64,000 nucleotides of DNA from an uncultured Desulfospira sp. (GTDB lineage: Bacteria > Desulfobacterota > Desulfobacteria > Desulfobacterales > Desulfobacteraceae): the NCBI GenBank assembly GCA_963663165.1, contig OY760175.1:5760001-5824000 (forward strand), given 5' to 3'. The notes beneath the pieces are model-generated. The model worked only from the letters and a program-made list of their open reading frames with translations. It was not told where the DNA came from and did not search any database. Shown one piece after another: positions 59,803 through 64,000 of this stretch (position 1 is its first letter; each line of letters begins with the position of its first letter). A program made the position numbers and the translations under genes.

Positions 59803-60470
59803 TTTATGTTCCTTTTAAGCCATTCATGGCAGGTGCCGACCACCTGGGTGTAGACTTCTTCCTGGGGCCGGGGCGTTGATTTGGGCAGGTCAAAACCGTG
59901 GTCGCCCCCCTCGATCACTTCAAGTTCTGCGCCAATATCTTCTATGACCGGTTTTAGAAAGGAAAGATCGCAGAACGGGTCCCGGGTCCCTTCACAAAAA
60001 AGCATGGGAACACGGATCTGCCGTAACGGCGCGTCGCGCAGTCTGTCTTTTCTGCCCGGCGCATGCAGGGGATACCCTAAAAAAATGATTCCCTGGGGGG
60101 TGATGTCGCCTTGGGCCGCTCCGGCAGCGGCTATTCGGGCGCCTAAGGATTTGCCGGCAACGATCATTTCCGTGCAGGGCTGTTCTGCCTTTAGAAAATC
60201 CATGGCCCTGGCCAGGGCATGAAGCAGGCGGTGATCAGGATCAGGGGAGTTTTTGCCCATTTCCCGGTAAGGAAAGTTAAACCGCAGGCAGGGGTAACTT
60301 TCTTGTGCAAGCCCCCTGGCCGTTGCCATGATGACGGGGTGGTTCATGTCATTGGATGAGCCGTGGGCAAAGACGATTCCCGTGGACTTGGCCGCTGTAT
60401 CCGGAACCGAAAGGATTGCCGAAATCGCATCACCCGTCTCCAGTTCAATGGCAACCTTGTGTTCTTGCAT
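59799..60470 (-). CDS. Alpha/beta hydrolase (KANL3/Tex30-like)
   Basis: AHG, LRFNFPY, GKSLGAR nucleophile, GYPLH, GTRDPF, GGDHGF. Confidence 0.88.
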   Translation of the reverse strand: MQEHKVAIELETGDAISAILSVPDTAAKSTGIVFAHGSSNDMNHPVIMATARGLAQESYPCLRFNFPYREMGKNSPDPDHRLLHALARAMDFLKAEQPCTEMIVAGKSLGARIAAAGAAQGDITPQGIIFLGYPLHAPGRKDRLRDAPLRQIRVPMLFCEGTRDPFCDLSFLKPVIEDIGAELEVIEGGDHGFDLPKSTPRPQEEVYTQVVGTCHEWLKRNIK

Positions 60471-60551
60471 TGTCTAACACTCCATGGGTAGGTGAATAGG
60501 CCGAAGACTGAAGGCTGAAGGGGGGAACATGGCAGCCTTCAGCCTAATCCC

Positions 60552-61409
60552 CTAATCTCCGTTTTTGCTGTTTTTGATGAAGTCCTTGACCATCATATCC
60601 CCAAGTTCCTTGGACCGTTTGGTGGCCGACTCCACCGCATTGATCAGCGTGGTCCGCAATCCCCCCTGTTCCAGGGTATGAATCCCGGCAATGGCCGTTC
60701 CGCCGGGAGACGCCACCCGGTCTTTGAGCTGGCCCGGATGTTCCCCGGATTCCTGAAGCAGCTTGGCCGCCCCAAGCACGGTCTGGGTGGATAAAAACAG
60801 GGCGTTTTTCCGGCTTAATCCCATTTTTACCCCGGCATCGGCCATGGCGTCCACAATGGTGAAAATATAGGCCGGGCCTGACCCGCTCAATCCTGTAAAG
60901 GCGTCCATGAGAGTGTTTTCCTGGATAAAGACGGTCTTGCCCACAGAGTCAAAAATGGCCCGGGCCATGGCCACGTCATTTTCAAGGACAAATTCTCCGG
61001 CGGCGATGGCGGTGGCGCTTTCTTTTACAAAGGCGCAGATGTTGGGCATGACCCGGATCAGGCGAAGCTCCTTGCCAAGGCCTGCGGCAATGGCGGCCAA
61101 CGGCACCCCGGCGGCAATGGAGATGATCAGCTTGGACATGTCCAGGGCATCGGCGGTCTGCTTGAGGACCGAGCCCAGGATCTGGGGTTTGGTGGCATAA
61201 ACAATGATGTCCGAAGTTCTGGCCACCTCAATGTTGTCCGGGGTAACGCAGACCCCGTATTTTTCTTTGATCTCGTCTAAAAGTTCTGGGTCAATGTCCG
61301 AGCAGAGGATGTCTTCGGGTTGGGCGGCCTTGGACTGGACCAGGCCGCTGACCAGGGCCTCTCCCATGTTGCCGCTGCCGATAAAACCGATTTTTTTCCC
61401 AGTAAGCAT
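60552..61409 (-). CDS. proC: Pyrroline-5-carboxylate reductase
   Basis: GFIGSGNMG, ISIAAGV, RVMPN, GLSGSGPAY, VASPGGTAI. Confidence 0.96.
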   Translation of the reverse strand: MLTGKKIGFIGSGNMGEALVSGLVQSKAAQPEDILCSDIDPELLDEIKEKYGVCVTPDNIEVARTSDIIVYATKPQILGSVLKQTADALDMSKLIISIAAGVPLAAIAAGLGKELRLIRVMPNICAFVKESATAIAAGEFVLENDVAMARAIFDSVGKTVFIQENTLMDAFTGLSGSGPAYIFTIVDAMADAGVKMGLSRKNALFLSTQTVLGAAKLLQESGEHPGQLKDRVASPGGTAIAGIHTLEQGGLRTTLINAVESATKRSKELGDMMVKDFIKNSKNGD

Positions 61410-61591
61410 GGCTTAACTCCCTGTTGTAAAAGGATAAAGGATGAATTCTGACGGGTGAAAGGGACTCATCCAACAGGTCTCATCATTTTCAAAGGTTGCA
61501 ATTGTTTCTTCATAGCCTGGCTATATTAAGATTAAGCTTTGTTTGGGTCAACAGGAAAATGAAGCTGCTGCAAGGATGATCGCATTGGTAG

Positions 61592-61958
61592 TCCGACATG
61601 ATATTTGGATGTTGTTGGTAAATGTAAAAAAAAGGAAACCGGAGGAAGGGAGACGGGAGACTGAAACCGTCAAGCTCCCTGGTTTGAGCGGTAAGGTTGG
61701 AGCGGGCCATGCCCGCGATCGAATCGCGGGCATGGCCCGCTCCAACCTATCATCTGCCGAAAATATGATGATGGATACCGGATGAGGCGGTGTTGTTGGG
61801 TCGGCCGCAGGGGCGATTCATGAATCGCCCTTTCATGAATAACATTTACGAGGGCAATTCATGAATTGCCCCTACACCTCCACTTGAAATATAATAATCC
61901 AGAAATTCAATTTTTTTTGGAGTTAAGTGGATTATTACAAATGCGGGCACCTCAGGAA
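61592..61958. repeat. Composite REP/REPIN-like element, copy C
   Basis: Palindrome at 61694-61748, GGGCGATTCATGAATCGCCC and GGGCAATTCATGAATTGCCC palindromes, flanks shared with copies A and B. Confidence 0.88.
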
Positions 61959-62156
61959 CCCCTGTAAGGGACCACTTATCCCAAACCCGGGGGGTATTAT
62001 TTGAATCGTGTTAGAAAAATGAATGGCATTAACAAGAAAAATAAATATCATTGACATAATCTGATTTTTTGGATATCTGTGCACATTGAATCCCGTAGTT
62101 ATGTTTGGTAATTTGTTTTAATCGTACTTATCGCAACACAAAAATTGGAGGTATTT

Positions 62157-63200
62157 ATGAAAAGAAACAAAACGCTTGTTCTCGCTGTTCTGGCTATCAC
62201 TCTGTCCTTGGCATTATGTGTTAACGCTGCTTTCGCAAAGACGATAAGGCTCAGTCTGAATCACATTTTCCCCGCCTCCCATTTTGTTCATACCCGGCTG
62301 ATGACCGGGTTCGCCGCTGATCTCGAAAAAGCCACTGACGGAAGACTTAAAATCGATGTATTTCCCGGTGCGACCCTGCTCAAACCGGCTGAAACCTATG
62401 AAGGTGTCGTCACGGGAACGGCTGACATCTCCCATGGCATTACCGGTTATACCCGGGGCCGTTTTTTGGTGATGGAAGCCTGCGACATCTCGGGTATCCC
62501 CTTCAGCAGTGCTGCGGCGTCCACCATGGTAACGGTTGATGTCATCAAAAAGTTTAAACCCAAAGAGTATGATGACACCAAACTCCTGATGGTTAACAGT
62601 GTCGGCCCCGGCTGCCTCTTTACCAAGAAAAAAATCAACTCCCTTGATGACCTCAAAGATATGCGTATCCGTGCGACAGGTTCAACGGTTAACTCTATCA
62701 AAGCATTGGGCGCAGTCCCCGTCGCCATGCCCAATAACGATACCTACGAAGCGCTGTCCAAAGGGATTGTTGACGGCAATATCGGACCACCGGAAATGCT
62801 CAAAGGCTGGAAACAAGCCGATGTAACCGATTATATTACCATCATGCCGCCGGTTTATAACAGCATCATGTATGTGGTCATGAATCTGGATAAATGGAAC
62901 AGCCTTCCCAAAGATATCCAGGAGATTGTTGACAATGTCAGCGAAGGATGGAGCTTGAAATCCGGACAGATCTGGGACGATGAGCAAAAACGAAACGGTA
63001 TTGACTATGGGATTTCCCAGGGCATGAAAATGGTTCGCCTGCCGGACAGCGACTATGAAAAAGGCCTGAAACTGATGCAGCCGATAATTGACGACTATAT
63101 TGCCCGTATGGATAAAAAGGGGATTGACGCCAAAGAGATTGTCGAATTTGTTAAGGAAAAGTCAGCTGAATACTCCCAAAAATATCCGTCGACTTACTAG
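62157..63200 (+). CDS. dctP: TRAP transporter substrate-binding protein
   Basis: GGAGG RBS, signal peptide, LEKATDGRLKI..FP, DLK.MRIRA, LGAVPV.M....YEAL.KG.VDG, WNSLP.D.Q. Confidence 0.92.
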   Translation: MKRNKTLVLAVLAITLSLALCVNAAFAKTIRLSLNHIFPASHFVHTRLMTGFAADLEKATDGRLKIDVFPGATLLKPAETYEGVVTGTADISHGITGYTRGRFLVMEACDISGIPFSSAAASTMVTVDVIKKFKPKEYDDTKLLMVNSVGPGCLFTKKKINSLDDLKDMRIRATGSTVNSIKALGAVPVAMPNNDTYEALSKGIVDGNIGPPEMLKGWKQADVTDYITIMPPVYNSIMYVVMNLDKWNSLPKDIQEIVDNVSEGWSLKSGQIWDDEQKRNGIDYGISQGMKMVRLPDSDYEKGLKLMQPIIDDYIARMDKKGIDAKEIVEFVKEKSAEYSQKYPSTY

Positions 63201-63473
63201 GATAGACTGACCACCCATTATATTGACGGTTATCCCGATATCTATAGAATCCCGGTTTATCAAATAAGCAAAAAAGTGCTAAAGGGCCTCTTTCCGAGGC
63301 CCTCAAACCACTTTTTTGCTTAATTTTGATACCCGGCACGGGGGGGCGTCGGCTCCGGCGGGTTTTAAACAATTTCAGGAGCCCCAAAAGAAGGATGACA
63401 ATGCAATTTATCAACCGGCTTGCCGGCCATTTGTTTTTTAAATTTAAGTGAAGTCAAATAGACCGAGGAAATT

Positions 63474-63962
63474 GTGATAGTGAAACGTGCAGAAAATTTT
63501 ATTTTTGGAGCCAGCCGAAAGTTAAACTATATCAGTGCCGTAACACTGACGGCAATGATGGGGCTGATTTTTATCAATGTTCTTTCCCGCATTATATGGC
63601 GCCCAATTCTCGGCACCTATGAAATTACAGCGTTCCTGGCATCCGTGACCATTTCTTTTTCCCTGGCCCAATGTGCTGCGGAAAAAGGTCATGTGGCCAT
63701 TACCCTTTTCACTGAAAGACTCTCCAGACGGGCCAGGGCCGTTTGCGAAACCATTGTGGCCATTATCGGCACCATTTTATTTGCAACATTGGCCTGGCAA
63801 TGCGTGAAGTATGGATTGGCCCTTCGGCGCTCCGGAGAGCAGTCCATGACACTTCTGATTTCTTTTTACCCCTTTGTTTTCGGCGTTGCGTTCGGTTTTT
63901 TAATGCTTTCGCTCGTGAACCTGGTTGATTTATTCAATTCTATTAAAAAGGTATTAAAATAA
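63474..63962 (+). CDS. dctQ: TRAP transporter small permease
   Basis: Four TM, NVLSR...PILG.YEI, GHVAI. Confidence 0.88.
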   Translation: MIVKRAENFIFGASRKLNYISAVTLTAMMGLIFINVLSRIIWRPILGTYEITAFLASVTISFSLAQCAAEKGHVAITLFTERLSRRARAVCETIVAIIGTILFATLAWQCVKYGLALRRSGEQSMTLLISFYPFVFGVAFGFLMLSLVNLVDLFNSIKKVLK

Positions 63963-64000
63963 TGGATCCAGTTGTAATTGGCCTGATTGGGTTGCTTATT
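63962..64000 (+). CDS. dctM: Start of TRAP large permease (truncated by the window edge)
   Basis: TAATG overlap with dctQ; hydrophobic start MDPVVIGLIGLLI. Confidence 0.7.
   Translation, partial: MDPVVIGLIGLLI

Noticed and set aside
59134..59853. 239 aa + strand ORF
   Set aside because: Antisense shadow of the LOG gene. The same applies to other long antisense ORFs such as 32960-33751, 39084-39803 and 43087-43842.
1..64000. Prophage, intact IS, tRNA/rRNA or anti-phage defence operon
   Set aside because: No integrase, transposase, phage structural gene, RNA-gene signature or known defence gene was recognised. The macrodomain is the housekeeping YmdB type.

Overview
A 64 kb chromosomal segment. 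Gene content (HdrB-like CCG protein, DUF3786 Fe-S protein, TrpB2, many hybrid kinases) suggests an anaerobic Desulfobacterota/Desulfobacteraceae-type sulfate reducer; this is inferred, not proven. About 40 protein-coding genes are supported: two-component systems, menA with a NitT/TauT-type ABC importer, cysteine desulfurase, nitroreductase, an RND efflux triad, a cspA/DEAD-box/RRM cluster, radical SAM, macrodomain plus DUF3524 glycosyltransferase, LTA-synthase-type sulfatase, GGDEF, PepP, LOG, proC and a TRAP transporter. No rRNA, tRNA, CRISPR array, integrase or transposase was recognised. The most notable signals are: (1) four unrelated secreted proteins sharing a dockerin-like tag DxDxDxDVDGxDL...(F/L)G, one of them translationally coupled to an LptC-like gene; (2) a bacterial homolog of vertebrate tRNA-queuosine mannosyltransferase (GTDC1/QTMAN) coupled to a macrodomain; (3) menA co-operonic with an ABC importer, a possible naphthoquinone-precursor salvage system; (4) an AT-rich orphan gene bounded by complementary attC-like cores; (5) a dense set of non-autonomous intergenic repeats (REP/REPIN palindromes, 6-8-mer tandem arms, an 88-91 bp three-hairpin unit), several of which overlap stop codons. 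Protein family calls rest on motif recognition by eye; no searches were run.
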